Notes: generated by a model not told the origin, from the sequence alone. Shown: positions 24,627 through 34,351, counted from the stretch's first letter. The stretch: 64,000 nucleotides of DNA from Candidatus Campbellbacteria bacterium (GCA_947311625.1 CAMZKW010000002.1:19013-83012), one strand, 5' to 3'. A program made the numbers and translations.

Positions 24627-25199
24627 TTATTCCAAGATAATACCATCAACTTTTAATAATTTATTTTCTAAAATATCTTCGTTAATTTCTCAAGAAAAAT
24701 TATTTTTTAAAAGAATTTTTATTTTTTCTGCATCTTTTTTATTTAAAACTTTAATAAGTATTTTTTTAATATAAACTATTTTTTTAAAAATATATTCTTC
24801 AGAATATTCTTCTATATTTAAATTTAAAAAAATATTTTTTAAAAACTTCTGAAAATCTTTTTCGGAAATATTTTTATCTTTTTTAAAAATAGTTTTTAAT
24901 TCTTTTTCATAATTTTCTTCACCACCAAAAGAATAAATTATTTTTTTATTTTTTTTTATAAAATCAAAAATATTTTTTGTATCTTTATTTACAAAAATAA
25001 ATTTTACATCTTTTAAATCTTTAAATTCTGGTTTTTCAAAATTATTTAAATTTCTAAAATCAAGGGATATCTCCAAACCTTTTTTTTTAGAAAAATTTCA
25101 TAATTTTGAAAGAAAAATCTTTTGATATTTTATTTTTTCTTTTTTAAAAAACTGAAAAGATTTTTCATCAGATTCAATTTTTATAATAAATTTTTTCAT
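24627..25199 (-). CDS. Lys-rich 190-aa hypothetical protein
   Basis: ATG at 25199 (MKKFIIKIESDEK...). Merged at TGA 25100-25098 and 24692-24690; TAA at 24629-24627. Confidence 0.4.
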
Positions 25200-25260
25200 A
25201 AAAGTATTATAGCAAAAAAATAAAAATGGTTAAAATTTTAAATATTTTTTAATAAAAAAA

Positions 25261-25281
25261 GTGGCGCGCTCCGCGCGCCAC
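25261..25281. terminator. GC hairpin GTGGCGCGC-TCC-GCGCGCCAC (family 2)
   Basis: 9-bp perfect stem. A T run follows on the minus strand, 3' of the 921-aa gene. It is the exact reverse complement of the hairpin at 60693-60713. Confidence 0.8.
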
Positions 25282-25320
25282 CACCAAACAAAAAATAAAT
25301 ATTTAAAATTATTATTTATA

Positions 25321-28086
25321 TTAACTATCAACACTTTCCGTATTAACAGATCTTGGAATATTATCTTTAGTTGGGTGTCTATTTTCTCTACCAGCAGCAA
25401 TATCCTCCAACCCTTCTTTTTCTTGTTGTTTATTTGCTTCAATTTTAGAATCAATTTTTTTCTTTGCTCCTTCGTAATCTTCTCTAACAGATTCAATCTC
25501 TTTATTCGCTTTAGCTTTAATTTCTGACATTCCAACCTCAGCCATCTCTTTAAATACTTTAGTAATTCTTTTAACATTAGAAGAATTCTGAATATCTTTA
25601 ATCTGATCATTAGTTAATTTAATCTGTTTTTCTAACAATCCAGCTTGTTTTTCGTCACCCTTTTTCAGAGCTTCCTTCAAACTTAATCTTTGTCCTTCTA
25701 TCTCATCTGTTAAAACATTAATAGTATTCATAGCTTTATTATATTCACTAACACCTTCTATTTTATTTGCTATTTTTTGAATTTCTGGAGCAATCCTGTT
25801 GTCAGTTTTTAGTTGTTCAATTAATGGATTAATATCAACAGATCCATTTTTCTTTAATATCTGACTCAAATCTAATTGTCCATTGTGATCTTTGTCTCAC
25901 ATTTTATTTCCTTTGGTAATCAAATTTTTAATATCAATTAAAGTTCCTTGAGTTTTTACAAACTCTTTTACTGGGTGCATATCTTTGTCTCTCTTAATTT
26001 CAACCTCTTGTTTCTTTTCTTGATACTTTTTAAACTCTTCTTTTTTATCAAGATCATAATCTTTTCTTTCTCCTTTTGATCGAGAAATAATCTTCTCTTT
26101 TTCTGCTAATTGTCTATTAGCTTCAATATTTTCATAAAATGGTAATTTAGCTCCCGCACCTCCGATAGCGGCCCCTGCTGCAGCTCCTATAGGACCAGCA
26201 ACGACACCACCTATAGCAGCTCCTACAGCAGCCCCAGAGCCATGTGATAAAAGTGAATTCATAACACTATTTTTTATTGATTTTTCATTCAAATAACCAA
26301 CATTATTTGTCAGATATTCTGCTTTTTTTACCGATCTTTTTTCATTCCATTTATTTTTTTTGTATTTCTGCTTATCTCCATCTGACAATTCTTGATATTT
26401 TTTATCTTTTTCCAAATCTTTTTCTATATCTTTAATGTCTTCTGGTGTAAGAGCAGCAAGGTTTTTATAAGCTTCATTCATTTTTTCATCTTTAAAAGGC
26501 TTAAAATGTTTTATATTTCCATCCGTATCTTTTTTATCTTTGTTAAAGTTAGTGCTAATATCTTGTGACCTCTTTAAAGTTCTTTCTTCCTTTGATAATC
26601 TTGCTTTTAACGACTCATCTTCTTTTCTTGCTCTTTCCACCTCTTCACTAAAAGACTGGCCAAATATTTTCTTTTCATAAAGAGAATCTTCACCTCTATG
26701 AGCAAGCTTAGCCCCATAATCTTTTATATGTTTAATTCCTCATGTATTCGCCCCTCATCCTTTTGGATTGTAAAGTGCCTTACCTATTCTCCCCGTTACT
26801 CTACTTCCAACACCAAGAGCCCCTCTTGCAGTTGTTCCCGTAAAAGTTTTCGCCGCTAATTTTGCTACACCAAACCCACTGGCAAAAGAAGCAACTTTTC
26901 CAAAAGTTCCAACTATACCTTTTCCTAAATCTCCATTTTCACACTGCTTTGATGAGTATTCTGTCAACATATTTAAAGCCTTATAAACGATGTAGGTTTT
27001 TATAAATAAAATAGTGATTAATTTTAATATGGTATCATCGGCTACACCATTTAATATAGTATTCATAGTTTCACTCGATAGAAAAGCTAATAATACTCAA
27101 ATACCCAATAGATAAGAAGTCATACAAAAAGCTTTTCCCGATATATCTCCTGCCCATTTATATAAATGTTGCCCACCGCCGGGTAAAAAATATAAAGCAA
27201 AATATGCCGGAGCTGTTATGATTAATTTTATTAGATGTATTGTTCTTGATACAAAATTAAAAGATCCTTTAAGGAGAGCTATAGACATCATTACCATAGT
27301 AATTATAAAAACTATATTCAATATAATTAGAGATTTTTTTATATAAATATCTTCAAGATTTTTATCTTTGATTTTTTCCTTAAAAGCTTTTTCACTATAA
27401 ATGTGATCTGGGTTAACAAAAAATATAAGAGCACTAGCTATGGATCTGTTTCCAAAATAAGGTTCTCAGTCTTTATTTTTTCCTAAAACAGCCTTAGAAA
27501 CTATCCATCTATCTACTAAACCTTCAACTTTTAAGTCATCTTTTGTAGCATCTCCTCTTTTTTCTGCTTCTTTTCCAGTTTTTACCGATGACATTGTATA
27601 AAATATAGCTGTGGTAAAATTACCAGCATCAATTATGACTCTAGCAAAAAACATAGAAAAATTCATTACAAAAGCAATTATAATTAAATGTCCCAGCATT
27701 GTTTTTCACTGGGTTCTACCAATGATCATAAAAATACCAATTATAATAATTCCAAAAATAAAAGCAATATTTGCCACATCTCTTATTATGGCCCAGCCTA
27801 ACTTTACCCAATCTGCATTATATAAATTAGTATAAATACTTATAGTTAATAAATTATCAAAGATGACACCTGTAATATAAACAAGATAGCTTGAAAGGTC
27901 TTTGAATACTCCTGTGATAAATATTATCACAGATAAAAATCCACTATAAACCATATCACCTAAACCAGCAAATACAAATAACGAAGGAAAAAATAAAAAT
28001 AAAGAAAATATTAAAACAAACTTTTTTGGATTTTTCCTCAAGTTAATTTTTAAAAAATTTGATATTTTTTTGATAGAATTATTCAT
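25321..28086 (-). CDS. 921-aa polytopic membrane protein. It has about 10 N-terminal TM helices, a Gly/Ala-zipper segment and a long Lys/Glu coiled-coil C-terminus.
   Basis: Six listed pieces (27706-28158, 27466-27699, 27097-27321, 26755-27066, 25897-26640, 25321-25869) share one frame. I translated all gaps by hand and found only TGA codons. The likely start is ATG 28086 (MNNSIKK), after the hairpin at 28137-28161. The Gly-zipper is GSGAAVGAAIGGVVAGPIGAAAGAAIGGAGA. Confidence 0.75.
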
Positions 28087-28136
28087 AATATATAAATAAA
28101 TAATATCATAGAAAAAATTCTTTTGCAAAGAAAAAA

Positions 28137-28161
28137 GGGGTGGCGGCTGCGCCGCCACCCC
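28137..28161. terminator. GC hairpin GGGGTGGCGGC-TGC-GCCGCCACCCC (family 3)
   Basis: 11-bp stem. A T run follows on the minus strand, 3' of rnhA. Confidence 0.8.
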
Positions 28162-28176
28162 AATTATTTAAAAAAA

Positions 28177-28680
28177 CTAAATCAAATAATTTTCTTTCAA
28201 ACCATTAAATAACTCCACGTCTCCACCTTCGGCAAAACCTCTCGCTATATCATCAACCCTCTCATTGAATTCTTCTCCATTGTGAGCTTTTACATGGGTA
28301 AAAATAAATTTATTTTTTTCTTCTAAAATTTTCTTTGGATTATAAATTCCTTCCCATAATTCTTTATTTAAAACTGGTTTTTTATCGGATTTTTTCCAAC
28401 CATTTTTTATCCAACCATAAATTCATTTTTCAGTTCCATCGATAACATATTTTGAATCAATCATAAATTCAATTTCATAATTTTCCACATTCTTTTTAGC
28501 CAATGTCTCCATGGCAATTTTTACAGCCATAAGCTCCATCTGATTATTTGTAACATCTTCATATTTTTTTCCCATCTCTAAAATTTTACCATTGCTTATA
28601 AAAATAATTCCTCAACCACCTTTTCCGGGATTCCCTAAGGAAGAACCATCTGTATAAATTTTCATTTTTTTTAATTTCAT
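28177..28680 (-). CDS. rnhA: Ribonuclease HI
   Basis: MKIYTDGSSLGNPGKGG[TGA]G..., NNQMELMAV, IDSKYVIDGTEK[TGA]IYGWIKNGWKKSDKKPVLNKELW and HVKAHNGEEFNERVDDIA align with E. coli RNase HI. It is not in the ORF track because of three TGAs. Confidence 0.9.
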
Positions 28681-28686
28681 ACTCAA

Positions 28687-28695
28687 ATTATAACA
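28687..28695 (-). promoter_or_regulatory. Extended -10 TGTTATAAT, 6 nt upstream of the rnhA ATG
   Basis: Reverse complement of ATTATAACA; the spacer TTGAGT is followed by the ATG at 28680. Confidence 0.5.
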
Positions 28696-28732
28696 AAAAT
28701 AAAAAAAACACCCTATATTTTATAAAGTATTT
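28694..28732. repeat. Left copy of a perfect 39-bp direct repeat flanking the R-M cassette
   Basis: CAAAAATAAAAAAAACACCCTATATTTTATAAAGTATTT is identical to 31897-31935. Confidence 0.9.
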
Positions 28733-28735
28733 CTA

Positions 28736-29764
28736 TTATTTTTTCTTCTCCACATACAACACCAAATCTTTCATAATAATTTTCTGAATCGCAGAAATTA
28801 AAATTTCCATTTTTTCATAATCTGGTTGAAAGTTTTTGGTTGGGAGGGAGATGTTATATTTTCTCAGTCGAGAAGCCGTATTTTTACCATACTCTACTTC
28901 TCTAATATTTGTATTTATAGAAGAGATAATAAACTTTGAATTTTGTTTATTTAAAAAATCACTTTTTAAAGTATAAACATTACTTCCTTGCTTTGAATAA
29001 AATGGTTTTTCTTGGTAATAAACTTTATTTAGGTGTGTAAATGCTGATATTGAATTTTCAGGAATTAAATTAAAATTATTTCCAATTTGTTCAGGAACTT
29101 TTTCAACAACCCCATTATTATCTTGATTTTGCATTACAAAATTATATTTCAAATCTCCTTTTTTTTGTAAATCTTCTTTGGAACGCTGTTTTCCATAATG
29201 TTGAATTTTAAATAAATCACCAATTATATACTCGCCCCACTCAAATTTCCCACTCTCAAAATCTTCCAGAATTTTCTGCTCTTTTTCAGTTAAAACATAA
29301 TCTTTTAAATTATTTTCTTCTAAATATTCATCAAGATTTTTTATTTTTTCTGCTTCCACCTCATCAATAAAATTTTCCATAAAATCAAAATCTATTTCTC
29401 CGTTTTTTGTTGGGAGAGATATTTTTGTTTCATCAAAACTCCCCATTCGGTATTGTTTTCCATAATTAAATTTATCACCAAGTCTTTTATTAATTAAACT
29501 CGTAACAAACTTCTTTACAGATACAGAAATTTCTTCTTTTTCAAATAAAACTAAAATATTATCATCTGCGGAATATATATAATCACGAAAAAATGTATTG
29601 CCAAACATATCTATAGTTATAGTATTTTCCGGAAAAATTTCTTGTTCCTGGTTTCCAATAAACTCTGCAACTCCAGTATTTTCATATCCTGCAGTAATTA
29701 AAGGTCTCCCACCTTTTATTCTTTTTTCTACCGTTAATCTTTTTCCTCTTTTTATATCAAACAA
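28736..29764 (-). CDS. Specificity (S/TRD) subunit of the R-M system; HsdS-like and similar in size to BcgI subunit B
   Basis: 342 aa with two target-recognition-like halves and conserved helical spacers (...KIKNLDEYLEE..., ...EKMEILISAIQKIIMKDLVLYVEKKK). There is no ATG. The frame is open back to 29848, so the start could be TTG 29764 or ATA at 29830/29827, overlapping the upstream stop. Confidence 0.75.
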   Translation of the reverse strand: MFDIKRGKRLTVEKRIKGGRPLITAGYENTGVAEFIGNQEQEIFPENTITIDMFGNTFFRDYIYSADDNILVLFEKEEISVSVKKFVTSLINKRLGDKFNYGKQYRMGSFDETKISLPTKNGEIDFDFMENFIDEVEAEKIKNLDEYLEENNLKDYVLTEKEQKILEDFESGKFEWGEYIIGDLFKIQHYGKQRSKEDLQKKGDLKYNFVMQNQDNNGVVEKVPEQIGNNFNLIPENSISAFTHLNKVYYQEKPFYSKQGSNVYTLKSDFLNKQNSKFIISSINTNIREVEYGKNTASRLRKYNISLPTKNFQPDYEKMEILISAIQKIIMKDLVLYVEKKK

Positions 29765-29826
29765 ATCTTTAAGAAAAATCTCTTCGCCCCACTCAACATT
29801 TTCTAACTTTTTATTGAGTGGGGCTA

Positions 29827-31869
29827 TTATTTTCCCAAGTCATCTGGGTTATCATTTCCTTTTAAAATATTCGTTACTTCCCAAGAAAGATAATCACTTA
29901 CTGTTTTTTTGAAATCTTTGAGTGTTGGTTTCGTGTCAATTGGCGCGGATTGATTCCAATCTGCCCCATTTTTTGGATCAATGGTGTTTTCATAAAATTC
30001 TTTTTCAGAAAAAATATTTAATTTACTTTTTCCAAATCGTACGAGATTTACGATTTCTTCATATCGTTCTTTTGCTTTATTAGTGTCTTTTAAATTATTA
30101 CTGGCTTTTTTACGACTGGTTCGCGTATATCCATCTTCAGAAAAATCTATAAATTTTACCATTTCTTCTGGATGATGTTTTTCTCCCACCTTAAAAACAT
30201 AAATATTTGTTTGCACACTCGACTTCCCAATAAAAATATCTATCGGCATTTTTATACTTGCCACCAGCGTATTTTTTTCTAAAATTCTTTGGTTAAAATC
30301 TTTGGCTTTTCCACTCCCCGCAGAGTTTTGAATGATAATTGCTGCATATCCTTTGTGCATCATTTCCAGTGCTTTTTCTACAAAAACCATTCCGTTTCCA
30401 TCGGCAGAATATGGCGGATTTAAAATAAAAGCGTCCGCGGGAAATTTTTCATCAGTTTTTCCAAATCCGTAATTTCCATCAAAATCAGTTAAAGAATCTT
30501 TATTCAAGATATTAGAGCTTCCATCTCCCATTAAAATCATATTAAGAATGGCAAGCATATAAACACTTGAAAGTAGCTCCAAACCAAGCAACTGTTCGGC
30601 TTTAATCTTAATTTGTTTTTGAGTAAGTTCTTCCGGTGATTTGATAGTCTTTTTTGCATCAATAAGCATTTCATTCATCGCTGCCACCAAAAGTCCTGCC
30701 GAACCAGTAGCAAAATCCCATACATAGGAATCCTTATTTACTCGTGAAAGCTTTACTAATAAATTTGAAACATAAGATGGAGTAAGCACCACATCATTTA
30801 GTTTATCTTGAGAAAAACCAAGTCAACCATACATTTCATTAAAAAGTTTTCCTGTAAAATCAGTGGTAAGCCCAATTTTATAATAAATTCCGATATCATC
30901 AATAATTTTAGAAAAAACTCTTTTTAGTTGTGTCTCTCCATCTTGTATTTTATTTATATTTTCTGCCAAAATTGTATTTGATAAAGTTCTTATGATTAAA
31001 TCTTTTTTATCTGTTGGAAGCTTTTTCTCTTCTAAAAAATCTTCAATTTTTCTAATAATTATTTTTCCATCAGTATTATTTCCTGTTTCATTTTCAGATT
31101 TTAAATCATCTTTTTCAAGAGGCTTTACTTTTCCAGCAACCCCCAAGGTTGCAATGATAGCAGCCGCTACGAGATAAACTCTGTCATTTTCTCCAAGCCC
31201 TTTTTCATTTTCATAAATATCATTATTTAATTTTGTAAGACTAACATCTATCTCTCTTTCTTTTTGATCTTTTATCCTCTCCAACTCTTCTTGAGATAAC
31301 TTTAAGTTTTTTACGGTTTCAATAAAAGAATCAAAATTTTCTGGTGCTAAAAAAGAAAAATCCGAAAATTCTCCCACTTTTTGTCCCACTCCGAAGTTAT
31401 CTTTTGAAACAAAATAGACTCCAATTTGATGATGTACTTTCCCAGAAATATCCTTATACCCCGTCATACCAATAGCGATAATATCGGCATAACTCGTATG
31501 GTGAAGAATTGCATTTGCATAATGAACTGCTCCATTTACAGCAAAATCTTTTATATTTTTATAATTGAGTTCATTTTTTGATGTTTTATTTTCTACTTCT
31601 TCATCTGTATTCAATTTTTCCAACTTCCCCTTAACTCCTTTATACTCAATAAGTATTGGAAAATCATTTAAATTTTTATCTCGCAATAATAATTTTGCAT
31701 CGGGACGATTTCCACCTTTCCCCCCTCCTTTTGATTCATAATCTTTAAGTGCTTTGTCTATTTCAGTATTTAAAGATTCTTGCTCTAATTTATAATCTAA
31801 TCCATAAGATTTCATCCATCCATTTGCAAGATCTGCGATATTTGGCTCTATTGATTTTATTTTATTCAT
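29827..31869 (-). CDS. Fused endonuclease-methyltransferase subunit (680 aa). It combines an N-terminal PD-ExK nuclease-like domain with a gamma-class N6-adenine DNA methyltransferase, like BcgI subunit A (Type IIB).
   Basis: Motif I is VWDFATGSAGLLVAA and motif IV is FILNPPYS. The N-terminus carries GNRPDAKLLLRD...FPILIEYKG (PD...ExK). The two pieces are in one frame joined at TGA 30825-30823. No separate HsdR is present. Confidence 0.75.
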
Positions 31870-31875
31870 AAAAAT

Positions 31876-31884
31876 ATTATATCA
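31876..31884 (-). promoter_or_regulatory. Extended -10 TGATATAAT, 6 nt upstream of the R-M subunit A ATG
   Basis: Reverse complement of ATTATATCA; the spacer ATTTTT is followed by the ATG at 31869. Confidence 0.5.
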
Positions 31885-31896
31885 TAAAGATAAATT

Positions 31897-31935
31897 CAAA
31901 AATAAAAAAAACACCCTATATTTTATAAAGTATTT
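31897..31935. repeat. Right copy of the perfect 39-bp direct repeat
   Basis: Identical to 28694-28732. It is contiguous with the duplicated tRNA-Glu 3' fragment. Confidence 0.9.
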
Positions 31936-31937
31936 TA

Positions 31938-31968
31938 TTGTTGTGACTTCACGGAGAATCGAACTCCG
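31938..31968 (-). repeat. Duplicated 3' fragment of tRNA-Glu (T arm plus acceptor 3' strand plus 5 nt of flank)
   Basis: TTGTTGTGACTTCACGGAGAATCGAACTCCG is identical to 32058-32088. No matching 5' half is adjacent. Confidence 0.85.
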
Positions 31969-32063
31969 CTTATGAGGCAACGAGCTGAATAAAAGAAGGA
32001 ATAAATTCCTGAAATTAAATTCAAACAAAAACACTTCATAAAATACAAAGTGTTCTGTTGTTG

Positions 32064-32135
32064 TGACTTCACGGAGAATCGAACTCCGATTTCAGGAATG
32101 AGAATCCCGCGTCCTAGCCGTTAGACGATGAAGCC
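32064..32135 (-). tRNA. tRNA-Glu (anticodon CUC), no encoded CCA
   Basis: GGCTTCA TC GTCT AACGGCT AGGAC G CGGGA TTCTCAT TCCTG AAAT CGGAG TTCGATT CTCCG TGAAGTC A folds as a cloverleaf. The D loop is of the Glu type. Confidence 0.85.
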
Positions 32136-32218
32136 ATGTTTATTCTCATCGCTAACGGCTAGGACAGATGAGTTGCAAGCAACACCAAATAGGCATTTTT
32201 CGCAAGCTCAAAAATCCA

Positions 32219-32248
32219 TAGCCGTTAGACGATGAAGCCATGTTATTT
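32219..32248 (-). repeat. Duplicated 5' fragment of tRNA-Glu (about 5 nt of upstream flank plus acceptor 5' strand plus D arm start)
   Basis: TAGCCGTTAGACGATGAAGCCATGTT is identical to 32115-32140. It is separated from the intact gene by an 84-nt structured spacer. Confidence 0.85.
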
Positions 32249-32292
32249 TTTTAATAAAAATATTTTAAAATTATATCATAAAAAAATAAAAA

Positions 32293-32301
32293 TGTTATAA
32301 T
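32293..32301 (+). promoter_or_regulatory. Extended -10 TGTTATAAT, 6 nt upstream of the ATG at 32308
   Basis: Sequence match; the spacer is AGCCAT. Confidence 0.5.
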
Positions 32302-32307
32302 AGCCAT

Positions 32308-33627
32308 ATGAAAAAAATAAAAAGCTCTGGAAAAATTTACGATTTAGCCATTATTGGTGCTGGTCCATCGGGGATGATGGCCGGGATAATTGCTGCAAAA
32401 AATGGAGCTTCCGTGGTTATTTTAGAAAAAAATGACAAAGTTGGAAATAAATTAAGAATTACCGGAGGTGGAAGATGTAATATAACAAATGCAACTTTTG
32501 ACAATAGAAAGTTTTTAGATAATTTCCCCGAAGCAAAAAAATTCTTATTTTCCCCTTTTTCAAAATTTTCAGCTCAAGATACATTTAATTTTTTTGAGTC
32601 AGTAGGTCTAGATTTGGTGACCGAAGCAAGAAATAGAGTCTTTCCAAAATCTCAAAAGGCTCTTGATGTGGTAAAAGCTTTAGAGAAAGAATTAAAAAAT
32701 AATGGAGTTGAAATTAGAACAAAATCAGAAGTTATTGATATGAGAAAAACATCCTGCGATAACGAAGAAGAAGATTGTAGCGATGGAAAAAGAGAAATAT
32801 CATCTGTTATTTTAAAATCCGGGGAAAAAATTTTAGCAAAAAATTTTGCCATTGCTACGGGAGGAATGGCTTCACCAAAAACTGGTTCTACGGGGGATGG
32901 TTTTAGATGATTAAAAAAATTAGGATTTAAAATAAAATCTCCAAATCCAAATATTGTTCCTCTAAAAACTGACTCGAAAATATTGCATAATATTTCTGGA
33001 ACAACCTGGTCGTTTATGAGAATAAAATTTATTCAGGATGGAAAAGTAAAATTAAAAAAGTTAGGTAAAATTCTTTTTACTCATTTTGGACTTTCCGCAC
33101 CATTAATTTTAAATTCATCTTTTGAAGTTAAAAAATTATTAAACCAAGGCAGAGTTTTTGCATCCATTGATTTATTTCCGGATACAGAAGAAAATGATTT
33201 AGACAAAAGAATATTAAAATTATTTGAAAAAAATAAGAATAAAAAACTGAAAAATATTTTACCAGAATTATTACAACAAAAATTATCTATTGCTATTTTA
33301 GAACACTATCCAAAAGTTTTTAAAGATAGAGAAGTCAACTCCATAACCAAAGAAGAAAGAAAAGATTTGGTTAAGTTAATAAAACAAATACCAATGGAAA
33401 TAACTGGTACTCTAGGTATGGACAAAGCAGTTATTGCTGACGGAGGTGCTCTCCTTGAAGATATAGATTTTTCCTCAATGGCTTCAAAAAAATATTCTAA
33501 CTTGTACTTGCTAGGAGATATTTTAAATATCAATAGACCTTCCGGTGGATACTCTTTACAAATGTGTTGAACTACAGGGTTTGTAGCTGGAGAAGACATT
33601 GCAAAAAAGATTAAAAAAGAAAAATAA
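32308..33627 (+). CDS. HI0933/BaiN-like FAD-dependent oxidoreductase
   Basis: N-terminal Rossmann motif YDLAIIGAGPSGMMAG and NKLRITGGGRCNITN are typical of the HI0933 family. Merged at TGA 32908 and 33568; TAA at 33625. Confidence 0.8.
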
Positions 33628-33643
33628 AAAACTAATTTTAAAA

Positions 33644-34096
33644 TTAGTCTTTTTTTTCTTCAGCAGCTTCTTCAGTGCTTGGTTCTTCAGTTTCAGTTTT
33701 TTCTTCTTCTTCAGCTTCTTCAGATTTTGCAGCTTCTTCTGCAGCAGCTTTTTCCTCTGCTTCTTTTGCAGCTTTAGCTTCAGCTTCTTCTTTAGCTTTT
33801 GCAATAGCCTCTTCATCAATTATTGGTGATTTTTTAGGTAAAACATTTTTCTTTTTACCTTCAATAATACCTTCTTTAACAAATAGATTAAATACTGAAT
33901 CAGTTGGTTGAGCACCCATTGATATTCAATGCTTTATTCTATCTTCTTTTAATTGTTTAGTTTTTCTAATAGCATCATAGTGTCCTAAAATTTCAACATG
34001 TTTGTTTGATTTTGGTCCAGTTCTTCTATCTGTAACTACAACTCTATATGATGGGTCGTGTTTTCTACCCACTCTTTGTAATTTAATTTTTAACAT
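33644..34096 (-). CDS. rpsP: Ribosomal protein S16 with a ~70-aa Ala/Glu/Lys-rich C-terminal extension
   Basis: MLKIKLQRVGRKHDPSYRVVVTDRR...IKH[TGA]ISMGAQPTDSV is the S16 core. The tail is ...AKEEAEAKAAKEAEEK...EEEKTETEEPSTEEAAEEKKD. Confidence 0.9.
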
Positions 34097-34279
34097 AAGT
34101 GTGAGTATTTTACTAAAAAATTATAAAAAAGTCAATTTTTTTATAAAAAATTATGTGTAATATTTGTGGAATAAATTTTTAATTAAAAACATTGCAAACT
34201 TGAAAAAATATTATTTTGTGGTATCATTCTTTTTATATTATTCTTTAATTTTAAGAGCAGTTTTTAAAGAAAAATATAT

Positions 34280-34351
34280 CCTCCCGTAGTTCAATGGATA
34301 GAACAAGAGACTTCTAATCTCTAGATCTAGGTTCGATCCCTGGCGGGAGGA
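34280..34351 (+). tRNA. tRNA-Arg (anticodon UCU)
   Basis: CCTCCCG TA GTTC AATGGATA GAAC A AGAGA CTTCTAA TCTCT AGAT CTAGG TTCGATC CCTGG CGGGAGG A. The acceptor stem is perfect. Confidence 0.85.

Noticed and set aside
25230-25610. ORFs 25230-25610 (-) and 25261-25527 (+) as separate genes.
   Set aside because: They are alternative-frame or antisense readings of the Lys/Glu-rich coiled-coil tail of the 921-aa protein, and one runs straight through the GC terminator hairpin. Similar spurious antisense ORFs were discarded at 3-191, 1629-1832, 3177-3410, 3751-3987, 11747-11929, 13186-13461, 16203-16427, 20240-20554, 21531-21731, 22523-22795, 23060-23278, 27611-27835, 29598-29912, 30992-31177, 32652-32852, 33306-33599, 43037-43411, 44165-44419, 44624-44833, 44959-45141, 46340-46546, 48014-48241, 49392-49646, 51996-52187, 52249-52530, 54865-55107, 59385-59603, 59600-59782, 60948-61139, 62548-62751 and 63690-63917.
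32136-32219. A second tRNA gene, on the plus strand or as a split/intron-containing tRNA using the duplicated fragments.
   Set aside because: The plus-strand D-arm-like piece (GCTAACGGCTAGGAC) cannot form a D stem. There is no 7-nt anticodon loop with a 5-bp stem (only a 9-nt-loop A/T hairpin) and no T arm. Joining the outer 5' and 3' fragments leaves no anticodon arm.
28694-32248. An integrase- or recombinase-encoding genomic island at tRNA-Glu.
   Set aside because: Only the two R-M genes lie between the repeats, and no tyrosine or serine recombinase motif was seen within about 5 kb. I therefore report the repeats and tRNA fragments as scars without naming a mobile element type.
33556-33919. 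Overlapping ORFs 33556-33819 (-), 33599-33829 (+) and 33675-33911 (+).
   Set aside because: These are low-complexity alternative-frame or antisense readings of the GAA/GCA-rich tail of rpsP. The real frame is fixed by the conserved S16 core.
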